Source: Fimbriimonadales bacterium
GTDB taxonomy: Bacteria; Armatimonadota; Fimbriimonadia; Fimbriimonadales; Fimbriimonadaceae
Length of the DNA stretch: 64,000 nucleotides
Assembly (NCBI GenBank): GCA_038321975.1
Contig: JBBQFM010000015.1
Location: 5,786 to 69,785 of the forward strand
Direction of reading: 5' to 3'
Part shown: one piece after another, positions 17,771 to 27,352 of the stretch
Layout of the letters: each line of letters starts with the position of its first letter
Numbering within the stretch: position 1 is the stretch's first letter
The notes under the pieces: model-generated
Seen by the model: only the letters and a program-made list of their open reading frames with translations
What the model was told of the DNA's origin: nothing
Databases searched by the model: none
Made by a program: the position numbers and the translations under genes

Positions 17771-17859
17771 GGCTCCGGTTTACCCCGGAACGAACCCCGC
17801 AAATGCACCGAAGTTTCGGCGGCCCTGAGACGTTGGAAACTCATTCAACGTTCAAACAT

Positions 17860-19020
17860 ATGGTGATCCACGAGCCTTCTCCACTAGTTTCGGCCGTAGC
17901 GACCTCGCTACGTCAGGGCATTCAGTCAGGCAAGTATCCCGCGGGCCGAGCCCTGCCTAGCGAGCGTGCAATGGCCGAGGAGTTCAGCGTGAGCCGAATT
18001 CAAGTTCGCCACGCGATCACCATGCTCGCCGCCGAAGGCGTCCTCACCATCAAGGCCCGGTGTCGACCCGTCGTATCCGACAACCGCCCGACCGCACGAA
18101 GAAATGGGGTGGTGAAAGACCACATCTCGGCATGGATCTGGCCCGCGCGGGCCGAGTACGCGTCCTCACAAATCTTTCGCGGCATTCAAAAAGGTCTGCG
18201 CGGTGTAGACCTCCGACTGATGGTCGGAAACGTCTCGGACGGAACCTGGGAGGCCCAGCTCCATTCGGAGGGAGAATTCCTCGAGGAACTCGCTCGCGAC
18301 CCTGGCGCAAAAGGCGCGATCATCTGGTATCTCGGTGGCGAGAGCCACCGCAATCTGCTGAATCTGGTACGGGAAACCGGCGTCCCCATGGTCTTCATCG
18401 ATCGCGAAGCTCCAGAGGGGATTGAAGCCGACCACGTGGGAACCGACAACTTCGGCGCCGCCAAAGACGCCGTCCGCCATCTCGTGCGCCAAGGTCATCG
18501 GCGCATCGCATGCATCGCGAACATGGACTACGCATCCAGCGTGATGCAGCGAATCGACGGTTGGCAAAGCGCCCTAGAAGAGGCCGGAGTTCCCGCCGAG
18601 TCCCAAAATCTCGCACGCATCGAAGTCTCCGAAACTGAGACCAGGGCCGAAGCGACCGAACGCACCATTCGCGAACTGCTCGCTGGTGAAAACGCGCCGA
18701 GCGCCGTCTTCTGCATCAACGACTACATCGCATTCGACGTCCTCGAATCCCTCTCTGCCCTCAAACTCTCCGTCCCCGCCGACGTATCGATCGTCGGCTT
18801 CGACGGCCTACTGAGATGGATCCCCGGTGGCGGCAACGTCACCACCGCGAATCAAGACTTTGAGCGAATGGGAGAAATGGCCGTGAAGCTGTTACTTGAA
18901 AGGTTCGAAAATCCCACGCGCAACGCCTTCAAGCACATCTACCTCAGCGCCCCCATCGTCGAGCACGGCTCGACCCAGGCGATCTCGATCCAAGACGCGC
19001 TAGAAGCCGGAACGCGCTAA
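17860..19020 (+). CDS. GntR-HTH / LacI-sensor hybrid regulator (AraR-like architecture)
   Basis: ALPSERAMAEEFSVSRIQVRHAI..L (GntR); PMVFIDRE, VGTDNFGAA, AVFCINDYIA, DVSIVGFDG (LacI-type sensor). Start trimmed to ATG 17860. Confidence 0.9.
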   Translation: MVIHEPSPLVSAVATSLRQGIQSGKYPAGRALPSERAMAEEFSVSRIQVRHAITMLAAEGVLTIKARCRPVVSDNRPTARRNGVVKDHISAWIWPARAEYASSQIFRGIQKGLRGVDLRLMVGNVSDGTWEAQLHSEGEFLEELARDPGAKGAIIWYLGGESHRNLLNLVRETGVPMVFIDREAPEGIEADHVGTDNFGAAKDAVRHLVRQGHRRIACIANMDYASSVMQRIDGWQSALEEAGVPAESQNLARIEVSETETRAEATERTIRELLAGENAPSAVFCINDYIAFDVLESLSALKLSVPADVSIVGFDGLLRWIPGGGNVTTANQDFERMGEMAVKLLLERFENPTRNAFKHIYLSAPIVEHGSTQAISIQDALEAGTR

Positions 19021-19601
19021 CTCTTCTTGTGCATGCGCTCGAACGCGAGATAGTCGGCGAAGACGTAGTCATTCGACTTCTCGGTCTGATGGCACTTCGC
19101 ACAGTACTCGAGCCCCTTGGTCGTCTGCGTCTTCCCGTCTCTCGATAGCACCATGTACTGCCAGTCACCGTCTTTGGGCGCAAACCCTTTCTCGCGCTTG
19201 ACCATCGCCGTCAGCAGTTCAGGCACCGCACCCTTCGGCAAGGTCACCGGATCCCACTGCTTAAGCCCCGCCGGCCGCGCATACTTCTCCTTCACGATCA
19301 TCGAACCTACCGGATACGCCCGCCCGACCTTGCCTAAGAGAGTCTTCTTGGCAAGCGGATTGGCGAAGACGTTAAAAACTCGGGGGGCGTGTGGACTGGG
19401 CGCACTATGTTGAGGCCGCGGCCCGATGCACGAAGCCGATAACGCAGGAGACATGTCGACCGGCTCTTTCGTAAGCAACGCCCAACTCCGATAGTTCTCA
19501 AACGCACCCGGCTGCCTCTGCGGAGCCCGAGACGCACGCACCTGCATCACCACCGCTCCAAGAACAAGGCACCCTAAAAAAACCGCAATCCCCCGCAGCA
19601 T
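19017..19601 (-). CDS. Cytochrome P460 / c'-beta family protein
   Basis: Signal peptide, YRSW, YPVGSMIVKEK, MVKREKGF..KDGDWQY, C-terminal CAKCH and DYVF. Confidence 0.8.
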   Translation of the reverse strand: MLRGIAVFLGCLVLGAVVMQVRASRAPQRQPGAFENYRSWALLTKEPVDMSPALSASCIGPRPQHSAPSPHAPRVFNVFANPLAKKTLLGKVGRAYPVGSMIVKEKYARPAGLKQWDPVTLPKGAVPELLTAMVKREKGFAPKDGDWQYMVLSRDGKTQTTKGLEYCAKCHQTEKSNDYVFADYLAFERMHKKS

Positions 19602-19637
19602 ATTTGCTCTAACGTTCTTGAGAGCGAAGCGTTCCGT

Positions 19638-19800
19638 TCCGGAGATGGTTCCCCTTTCCGAAGGCCCTGAGGAACGAAGGGGTGGGGGAGGGGGTCACGC
19701 CCACCGAATGCCTTCCGGAAGCCTCTCCTTGCCAAGGATGGTTTGTGCTTGGGAGGGGGAGGGCAGGGTGGGGGTCAGACGCCGAACGCGACCAGAATGC
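19638..19800. repeat. Composite G-rich repeat (family A)
   Basis: GGAGATGGTTCCCCTTTCCGAAGGCCCTGAGGAACGAAGGGGTGGGGGAGGGGG and GGGAGGGGGAGGGCAGGGTGGGGG, near-identical to modules in 10915-11158. Confidence 0.85.
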
Positions 19801-21975
19801 CTACTTCGCCGCGTTAACCGCCGCCTCAATCGTGCTCGAAAGCCGACCCAACGCCTCCGCCGCAAGCGCAATCTGCTCCTGCGCCTCCTTCCAGTCCCGC
19901 TGCTCGATCGCCTCCCGAACTCCCGGAATCGTCTTCACCCCATATCCGGTGTAAAAGCCCGGGGCGTAGACCTCGTGCCGATACCAAGGACGCCGAGGCA
20001 AACCCTCGCCGAGCATCGATCGCTCAACAGACATAAGAATGTGGTCCAACGACGAGGAACTCGAAGCCTTGGAGGCCTCGTACTTCGCCGCCGCCAACTT
20101 CAGCTTCGCCACCGCATTCTGCAAAGGTGCGAAGTTCAGGAAAGGCACCGCATCCTTTTTCTTAGGAGCGAAAAATGGTTTGGTCGGATCGGAAGCCGCT
20201 TTCAGCGACCCGTCGTCGATCAGCTTGTTCGTCTCCTCCGTTTCCACCCGCATCGTGTCGAGCAGCTTTGGAAGCTCCTCGGTGTAGCCTCCGATCGTCG
20301 AGGCCAGCCGAGTAAATTCAAACGGCAGAACATCGGCATTGGCGAGCCGCAACATCATGCGCCCCGCGGTCTGAGCCAGCGCGATGCCGTACTCCCATTT
20401 GGGGTCGCCAAACCTGCTGTACCAATCGAACGAATCGTAAGTCGAGTGATAGATTCCGCCCGGGTCTTCGCCACCGAAGCCGAGGTCGAGGGAGGCGATG
20501 CCCGCGTGCTGCAAGAACGAACTGTAGTCGGAGCCAGATCCAAGTGCGCCGATGGGCGAGTCAACTTGGCCTCTGATTTCCGCATGTCCAGAAGCGGGCG
20601 TTCCGGTTAGCTGGCGAGCCTTGTTTCGCTGCGCCAGGGTCATCTTCGTCTCGGGATCGATCACATCTCGAGAGACTTCGTTCACAAACTTCTCAAGCCC
20701 GTGCGAGCCTCCCGCCCCGAAGAAACCGCGGCCATTGGTGTCGCTGTTGATGTACGCAACTGCCTTGCGAGAAAGCTCTTCCGCATGCGTCTCCACCCAT
20801 TCGGTCGAACCGAGCAGCCCGGGCTCTTCGCCATCCCAAAGACAGTAAACAATGGTCCGCTTCGGCTTCCAACCCGCCGCCGCAAGCTTGCCCACGCCCT
20901 TGGCCTCCTCCAGCAAAGCAATCGCCCCGCTTAACGGGTCCTGCGCCCCCATCACCCAAGCGTCGTGGTGGTTGCCGCGAATCACCCACTCGTCCGGCCG
21001 CTCAGAACCAGGGAGCTTGGCGATGATGTCGCGCGCCTCCACGATCTTCCAATCGAACTCGACCTTGAGATGTACGTCCTGATCGCCCGGCCCAAGCTTA
21101 TAGGTGACCGGAATTCCCCCTCGCCACTCCGAAGGAGCCACCGGCCCTTGAAGGCTCTTCAAAAGAGGAAGCGCGTCGCCGTAGGAAATGGGAAGCGTGG
21201 GGATCTTGGTGATCGTCTTGACATCCTTTCGATCCAACCGCTTCACGCCGGGCACCGAGCCATAGCCCGGAGTCGACGGATCGCCCGGGTAAAGCGGCAT
21301 GTCCGCCACCGACCCGCGCTGAACCCCCTTGTCGTTTCGGAACGGTCCCTTCGGATACACGTCACCCTGGAAATACCCGTCATCGCGCGGGTCCGAATAA
21401 ATCAAGCACCCGATCGCGCCATGCTCCGCCGCAACCTTCGGCTTGATACCTCGCCAAGAGCCGCCGTACCGGGCAATCACGATCCTGCCCTTCACGCTCA
21501 CCCCGTTCTGCTCCAGGGTTTCGTAGTCCTTAGGGATGCCGTAGTTCACGTACACGAGCTTGCCGGTCACGTCGCCATCGCACGAGTAGGCGTTGTAAGA
21601 GGGGAGCCCGCCCGGTGCGGCCGAGGTCGGGTCTTCGCTGAGCTGAGGCTCAGCCAGCTTCGCCTTAAAGTCTCCCATCTCAAGCAGTCGAGTCTTCGGC
21701 TCCGGAAAGAGAACCTCGAACCGCTCAATCTTCGCATCGAATCCCCAACTCTCAAACAGCCCGCGCACATACTCCGCGTTCTGCAACCCATAGGGCGAGC
21801 CCACATGGTGAGGAATCGCGCTCAGCTTCTTCAGCCAAATTGGCAAATCGCTCTTCTCAAGCCCCCGATCGAACTCCGCCTCCAGCGCCCGTTGCCCCAC
21901 CGAGTGTGCAGTCGTAAAGCCCATCAAAGGGGCAATTTGAGCTTGGGCCAAAACAAGAACGAGCGACGCGAACAT
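19801..21975 (-). CDS. M28 metallopeptidase, glutamate carboxypeptidase II-like (PA and TfR-dimer domains)
   Basis: GNHHDAW, GAQDPLSG, WDGEEPGLLGSTEW, GSGSDY, YHS.YDSF, PWYRHEVYAPG. Confidence 0.92.
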   Translation of the reverse strand: MFASLVLVLAQAQIAPLMGFTTAHSVGQRALEAEFDRGLEKSDLPIWLKKLSAIPHHVGSPYGLQNAEYVRGLFESWGFDAKIERFEVLFPEPKTRLLEMGDFKAKLAEPQLSEDPTSAAPGGLPSYNAYSCDGDVTGKLVYVNYGIPKDYETLEQNGVSVKGRIVIARYGGSWRGIKPKVAAEHGAIGCLIYSDPRDDGYFQGDVYPKGPFRNDKGVQRGSVADMPLYPGDPSTPGYGSVPGVKRLDRKDVKTITKIPTLPISYGDALPLLKSLQGPVAPSEWRGGIPVTYKLGPGDQDVHLKVEFDWKIVEARDIIAKLPGSERPDEWVIRGNHHDAWVMGAQDPLSGAIALLEEAKGVGKLAAAGWKPKRTIVYCLWDGEEPGLLGSTEWVETHAEELSRKAVAYINSDTNGRGFFGAGGSHGLEKFVNEVSRDVIDPETKMTLAQRNKARQLTGTPASGHAEIRGQVDSPIGALGSGSDYSSFLQHAGIASLDLGFGGEDPGGIYHSTYDSFDWYSRFGDPKWEYGIALAQTAGRMMLRLANADVLPFEFTRLASTIGGYTEELPKLLDTMRVETEETNKLIDDGSLKAASDPTKPFFAPKKKDAVPFLNFAPLQNAVAKLKLAAAKYEASKASSSSSLDHILMSVERSMLGEGLPRRPWYRHEVYAPGFYTGYGVKTIPGVREAIEQRDWKEAQEQIALAAEALGRLSSTIEAAVNAAK

Positions 21976-22011
21976 GTCGGTAATCCTAGCAGGTCCTTAT
22001 GGCTCTGGAAT

Positions 22012-22480
22012 CTGGAGATGGTTCCCCTTCCCCAAGGCCCTGGGGAACGAAGGGGTGCGGGAGGGGGTCGCGCCAACCGAACGCCCTCCGAATATCAGAA
22101 CCCCTCTCCCCAGGAGGGGCGAGGGGTTCTGAAGCCTAAACTAAATGGCTATGAGGGGCAGGGGTGAGGGGTCCGGGAGCCGACAGACCTTCGTCTTGAC
22201 CCAAGACAAACCCTAAACTAAATGGCTATGAGAGGGGTAGGGGGTGAGGGGTCCGGTCCGGAGATGTCCCAAGGCCCTGAGGAACGAAGGGGAGGGGAGT
22301 GTACTTTTTAAACAGGGCGAGCGAATTCTAGTCGAGCCCAAACATCTTGAAGAGCCGCCAAGCCGAACCCGAAGGTTTCAAAGAATCTTAGCCCCGGGTC
22401 GTCTCCGGACGCCCCGGGGTAGTGCCCAAGACCCCCGACCCCGAAGCGGTCCCGAAGCGGGTCGAAGACTTTCCGGTCCG
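22012..22480. repeat. Large mosaic of family A and family B repeats
   Basis: Family A modules at 22014-22300, including a duplicated CCTAAACTAAATGGCTATGAG. Family B core TTAGCCCCGGGTCGTCTCCGGACGCCCCGGGGTAGTGCCC at 22388-22427 is identical to 15705-15744. Confidence 0.85.
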
Positions 22481-22541
22481 CTTCGCCAACCCAAAGGTAT
22501 ATTCGCCAATGGCTATGTCGCGGGTTGCCGCGAGATCGGAA

Positions 22542-24917
22542 ATGAACATGAAAGCGATTCTCCTTGCGTTCACCAGCCTCCTCGCAACCAGCGTCCTCGC
22601 CCAAACGATCATCGTCCACGTCGATCGTCCCCTCCACCCGATCAGCCCGACATTCTTCGGCATGATGACTGAGGAGATCAACCACGCCTACGATGGCGGC
22701 CTCTACGCAGAGCTCCTCCAAAACCGAACTCTCCAAGACGACGACAAACCGACCCACTGGTCTTTCATCGGACCCGAAGGTTCCGGCTCGGTAGACCTGG
22801 ACACCACCCACCCCGTCCCCGACACCGCCTACTCGCGGTGTCTAAAAGTGAGAAACGGGGGAGTAGCAAATGAAGGCTACTGGGGCATGGCAGTGCTGCC
22901 CAAAACCACCTATCACGGAAGCTTCTACGCGATGGCAGGACCCGGTTTTTCGGGCTCGCTCAGCGTCTCGCTGACCTCTGCGGACGGCACCCAAACGTGG
23001 GCAACCGCCCAGATCGGCGGAATCAAAAACGGCTGGAAGCGATTCGATTTCACCCTCAAGACAGCCAACATCGCGGCAAGCCAAGCCAACCGGTTCGCAA
23101 TCACCCCCACCGAAAAAGGCGGAAGCTTCTTCATCGCTGGAGCAACCCTCTTCCCGCCGACCTACAAGAATCGAGCGAACGGAAACCGCAGCGACCTGAT
23201 GGCCAAAATGGCCGATCTCAATCCTTCTTTCCTCCGTCTCCCCGGGGGCAACTACCTCGAAGGCAACAATCTCGCCAGCCGCTACAACTTCAAGGATACG
23301 ATTGGCCCGCTAAGTGGCCGAAAGGGCCACCCCGGAACCTGGGGCTATCGCTCTTCCGATGGATTGGGCTTCCTCGAGTTTCTCGAATGGTGTGAGGACC
23401 TCAAGTGCCAGCCCGTACTCGCCGTCTTCGCCGGCTACGCCCTGAACGGCGAGCACGTCGCTGCCGGTCCCGGCCTTCAGCCGTACGTGCAGGACGCCCT
23501 CGACGAGATCGAGTACGTCACCGGCGACACTCACACCAAGTGGGGCGCGATTCGCGCAGCGAACGGACATCCCAAACCTTTCCGCCTGACCTACGTCGAG
23601 GTCGGAAACGAGGACGCGTTCGACAGGTCGGGCAGCTACGACGGGCGCTATACCCAGTTTTACGACGCGATCAAAACGAAATATCCAAAGCTGCAGATCA
23701 TCGCCACCGCTCCCGTCAAAACGCGGCGACCCGATGTGCTGGACGACCACTACTACAGCCCGGCGCGCGAGATGGCGAAGCTCGCCAAGAAGTACGACTC
23801 CTATGACCGCTCCGGCCCCAAGATATTTGTTGGCGAGTGGGCATCTCTGGAAGGAGGTCCAACCCCCGACCACAAGTCCGCTCTCGGCGATGCCGCCTTC
23901 CTGACCGGACTGGAGCGGAACTCAGACCACGTGGTCATGGAGAGCTACGCTCCCCTCTTCACGAACATGAATCGCGGTGCCGCCCAGTGGAATACGAACC
24001 TCATCGGTTACGACGCCCTCAACTCGTTCGGGTCGCCGAGCTACTGGGTGCAGTCAATGTTTGGGAAGAACACCGGGGACACCGTCCTAACCACCGACGT
24101 CCTGACGCCAACCCAAACTGCAGTCCCGTTCACTGGCGGCATCGGAGTCGGATCCAACGAGACCCAGGTCGAATATAAGGACGTGACCGTCACCGACGGC
24201 ATCCGCTTTATCCCGCTCGCCGACGTTTCGAAGTGGCAGAAAAGGGGGGACTGGACGATCGATGGGAGCCACCTCACCAGTGGCCTCGGCCGAAACGACC
24301 GAGCTACCACCGGAGACCTTTCCTGGGCCGACTACACCCTCCAAGCCAAGGCGAGACGCGTCAGCGGAAAGGAAGGCTTTGTCGTCGTATTTCACAGCAT
24401 CGATGGGCGGAATTTCTGGCAGTGGAATATCGGCGCCGTTGGCAATACCGAGTCGGTGGTCCAGCGACAAGAAGTTTGGGATTTCCGAGCAGTGGCTCCT
24501 TCGACCAAGCTAAAGCTCGAGGACGACCGCTGGTACGACATCAAAGTCGAGCTGAAGGGTGAATCAATCCGCTGCTTCCTTGATGGCTCACTCGTCCACG
24601 AGATTCACTTAGATCCGGACCCAATCGATGCCGTCTATTCGTCGGCAACCCTCGTGAAGTCAACCGGCGAGATCATTCTCAAGCTGGTCAACTTCTCCGA
24701 CAAGCCAACCCAGTTGCCCGCCCGCATCGTCGGCTCTTCCGCGGGAAGCTTCCGCAGTACCGGTTGGGTGATGAGCGGGGCTTTGGGAGACCAGAACAAT
24801 CTCCAAGAGCCGACCAAGGTGATCCCGAGGGAACTGCCCGCGCGCATGTTCAAGTCGGGCGACCGGATTGATCTGCCTCCCTACTCGATCGTCGTGGTTA
24901 GGCTCAAGCCCGCTTAG
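22542..24917 (+). CDS. Exported GH51 alpha-L-arabinofuranosidase with an inserted lectin-like beta-sandwich
   Basis: FFGMMTEEINHAYDGGLYAEL, FLRLPGGNY, VEVGNED, LDDHYY, FVGEWAS, VMESYAPL. Start trimmed to MNMKAILL. Confidence 0.92.
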   Translation: MNMKAILLAFTSLLATSVLAQTIIVHVDRPLHPISPTFFGMMTEEINHAYDGGLYAELLQNRTLQDDDKPTHWSFIGPEGSGSVDLDTTHPVPDTAYSRCLKVRNGGVANEGYWGMAVLPKTTYHGSFYAMAGPGFSGSLSVSLTSADGTQTWATAQIGGIKNGWKRFDFTLKTANIAASQANRFAITPTEKGGSFFIAGATLFPPTYKNRANGNRSDLMAKMADLNPSFLRLPGGNYLEGNNLASRYNFKDTIGPLSGRKGHPGTWGYRSSDGLGFLEFLEWCEDLKCQPVLAVFAGYALNGEHVAAGPGLQPYVQDALDEIEYVTGDTHTKWGAIRAANGHPKPFRLTYVEVGNEDAFDRSGSYDGRYTQFYDAIKTKYPKLQIIATAPVKTRRPDVLDDHYYSPAREMAKLAKKYDSYDRSGPKIFVGEWASLEGGPTPDHKSALGDAAFLTGLERNSDHVVMESYAPLFTNMNRGAAQWNTNLIGYDALNSFGSPSYWVQSMFGKNTGDTVLTTDVLTPTQTAVPFTGGIGVGSNETQVEYKDVTVTDGIRFIPLADVSKWQKRGDWTIDGSHLTSGLGRNDRATTGDLSWADYTLQAKARRVSGKEGFVVVFHSIDGRNFWQWNIGAVGNTESVVQRQEVWDFRAVAPSTKLKLEDDRWYDIKVELKGESIRCFLDGSLVHEIHLDPDPIDAVYSSATLVKSTGEIILKLVNFSDKPTQLPARIVGSSAGSFRSTGWVMSGALGDQNNLQEPTKVIPRELPARMFKSGDRIDLPPYSIVVVRLKPA

Positions 24918-24947
24918 GGGCGTCGCGTGTAATATCACGAGACGCCC

Positions 24948-25814
24948 ATGCCCACTATTGAGACCCTTACCAACGCTGCTTGCCGATTGGCAGAGGGCCC
25001 AATCTTCGTAGAGGCCGAGAACGCCGTCTATTTCGTGGACATCATGGCCGGCGAGCTCCACCGCTATGACCTCGGTTCAGGCGCCCACGAGGTTGTGTGG
25101 AGTGGCCCAATGATTGGCGGGTTTACCGTCCAAGAAGATGGCGCCCTCCTCCTCTTCATGGATAAGGGCGCGATCATGTCGTGGAAGAAGGGGGTCGAGA
25201 CCAACTTCTATCACTGTCTCCCCGACGAACTCGACACCCGATTCAACGACGTCGCCGCCGACCCGATGGGCCGCGTTTTCTGTGGAACGATGGGGACCAA
25301 GAAGCGAGACGGCAGGCTCTATCGGCTCGATCTCGACATGTCCATCCACCCCGTCCTCGAGGGAGTCGGATGCTCAAATGGCATCGGCTTTTCGCCCGAC
25401 CGCAAGACGATGTATCACACCGATAGCAGCCACCGAACGATCTACTCGTTCGACTATCAGGAGGCCACCGGCGAAATCTCAAACCGCCAAGACTTCTTCG
25501 TCCTCCCCGACCCCATCGGCGTTCCCGACGGAATGACCGTCGACGTCAACGGCGAAATCTGGTCTGGAATCTGGGACGGCGGCTGCCTCCTCCACATCTC
25601 CGCTGAGGGCAAGGAACTGGAACGCATCGAAGTCGAAGCCCGCAAAGTCAGCTGCGCCACCTTCGGCGGCCCCAACTACGCAACTCTTTTCCTAACCACC
25701 GCCGGCGGAGACAAAAAGCCCGAAGAAGGGCCCGTGGCCGGCGAGCTGCTACGCCTCGACGTCGGCGTTCACGGCGTCCCCGAATTCAAGAGCCGTATCA
25801 AGTCGCCGTATTAA
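24948..25814 (+). CDS. SMP-30/gluconolactonase family protein (sugar lactonase)
   Basis: LAEGP, RFNDVAADPMGR, SNGIGFSPD, PDGMTVD, CATFGG. Confidence 0.9.
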   Translation: MPTIETLTNAACRLAEGPIFVEAENAVYFVDIMAGELHRYDLGSGAHEVVWSGPMIGGFTVQEDGALLLFMDKGAIMSWKKGVETNFYHCLPDELDTRFNDVAADPMGRVFCGTMGTKKRDGRLYRLDLDMSIHPVLEGVGCSNGIGFSPDRKTMYHTDSSHRTIYSFDYQEATGEISNRQDFFVLPDPIGVPDGMTVDVNGEIWSGIWDGGCLLHISAEGKELERIEVEARKVSCATFGGPNYATLFLTTAGGDKKPEEGPVAGELLRLDVGVHGVPEFKSRIKSPY

Positions 25815-25892
25815 GTTTTCCGTAAGCCTCCCCCTTGCGGGATGTTCGTGCCCGGTGTCGCTTGCCGAAACCCTCGTTTATTGTAAGTGCGC

Positions 25893-26286
25893 TTATGATT
25901 TCCTCTTCAGCAACCCGCGCAACTTAACTGTCGAAACCTTCCCCCGCACAACTTCGAACTGCTTCACCGCGCTCCGACTCCGGTGGTGCAACCGAACGAG
26001 CGCTGAGGGCCCAACTGTCTTGATGAACAGCACTTCATCCGAATGAAGGTGCTTCACCCCCCGCAACTGACCCCCATTTTTGAAGCACCAATTGAGTATG
26101 CGAATAGGTTCGAAACTCTTGCCCCGGACCTACTACGGCGCCAACTTTGAGGGGCTTCCACGGGCCCCCTTTTAAGGCTCGTACTGCGGCGCTGCCGTGG
26201 AGGGTTTGGACGACAAAGTAATTGTCGAACCCGGCGTGAGCCAACGAACCAACAAGAAGAAGCGCGAGCAAGAGGGCCGATTTCAT
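25893..26286 (-). pseudogene. Exported FecR-like small protein with an apparent +1 frameshift (or sequence error)
   Basis: Signal peptide and WKPLKVGAVVGPGQEFRT stop at 26035; the +1 frame continues NGGQLRG...VKQFEVVRGKVS to TAA at 25893. Span 394 nt = 3n+1; T5 and C5 runs at 26071-26081. Confidence 0.55.
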
Positions 26287-26347
26287 AGCGTCAACCGATA
26301 GACGCGCCAACCAACCGCCCGATTCGCAGACTAGGTAGAACAGGGGA

Positions 26348-27328
26348 ATGGACTACTTGCGACTTGGCGCCACCGGACTCAAAGTCTCTCGCATCTGCCT
26401 CGGCTGCATGACTTACGGTGAACCAACCCGCGGCGCCCATTCCTGGACCCTCCCCGAAGTTGAAAGCCGACCGCTGATCAAGCAAGCTCTCGAACTCGGA
26501 ATCAACTTCTTTGATACCGCCAACGTGTACTCAGACGGCACTAGCGAGGAGTTCTTGGGGCGGGCGATAAAGGACTTTGCGAAGAGGGAAGAGGTGGTGA
26601 TCGCCACCAAGGTCCACGGCCGGATGCGGAAAGATGTGAACGGGGCGGGGCTCTCGCGGAAGGCGATCATGAACGAGATCGATGCGAGTCTTACGCGGCT
26701 TGGCATGGACTACGTCGACCTCTACCAAACCCATCGGTGGGACAACGAGACCCCGATTGAGGAAACGCTTGAGGCGCTACACGATGTGGTCAAGGCGGGG
26801 AAGGCACGATACATTGGAGCCTCCTCCATGTACGCGTGGCAGTTCAGCAAAGCCTTGTACTTGGCCGACAAGCACGGCTGGACGCGGTTCATCTCGATGC
26901 AGGACCACTACAACCTGCTTTATCGAGAGGAGGAGCGGGAGATGATGCGGCTGTGCGCCGATCAGCATATCGGAGTCATCCCCTGGAGCCCCCTCGCCCG
27001 AGGGCGGCTTACCCGGGCTTGGGACGAGCAGACGGAGCGGACGCGCACCGACGAATTCGGTAAGACCCTGTACATCTCGATGATCGAGGCGGACAAGAAG
27101 ATCGTGGAAGCAGTCGCGTCGATCGCCAACGACAAGGGTGTCTCCAGGGCTCAAGTGGCGCTGGCCTGGATGCTGTCCAAGCCGGTGATCACCGCGCCAA
27201 TCATTGGCGCTTCGAAGCCGAATCACCTGGAAGACGCAGTCGCCGCCATTTCTTTAGAGCTCACAAAGGAAGAACTAGACCGGCTCGAGGCCCCGTACCA
27301 CCCCCACCCGACCGCCGGCTTCGCCTAG
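26348..27328 (+). CDS. Aldo/keto reductase (YajO/IolS-like)
   Basis: VSRICLGCMTYG, FFDTANVYS, LYQTHRWD, YIGASS, QDHYNLLYREEE, PWSPLARG, PIIGASK. Confidence 0.93.
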   Translation: MDYLRLGATGLKVSRICLGCMTYGEPTRGAHSWTLPEVESRPLIKQALELGINFFDTANVYSDGTSEEFLGRAIKDFAKREEVVIATKVHGRMRKDVNGAGLSRKAIMNEIDASLTRLGMDYVDLYQTHRWDNETPIEETLEALHDVVKAGKARYIGASSMYAWQFSKALYLADKHGWTRFISMQDHYNLLYREEEREMMRLCADQHIGVIPWSPLARGRLTRAWDEQTERTRTDEFGKTLYISMIEADKKIVEAVASIANDKGVSRAQVALAWMLSKPVITAPIIGASKPNHLEDAVAAISLELTKEELDRLEAPYHPHPTAGFA

Positions 27329-27352
27329 TTAGGTCAGCCGGCGATTCGGGGG

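Noticed and set aside
10915-22480. Repeats as a CRISPR array
   Set aside because: Copies are kilobases apart, vary in length and order, have no regular spacers, and there are no cas genes.
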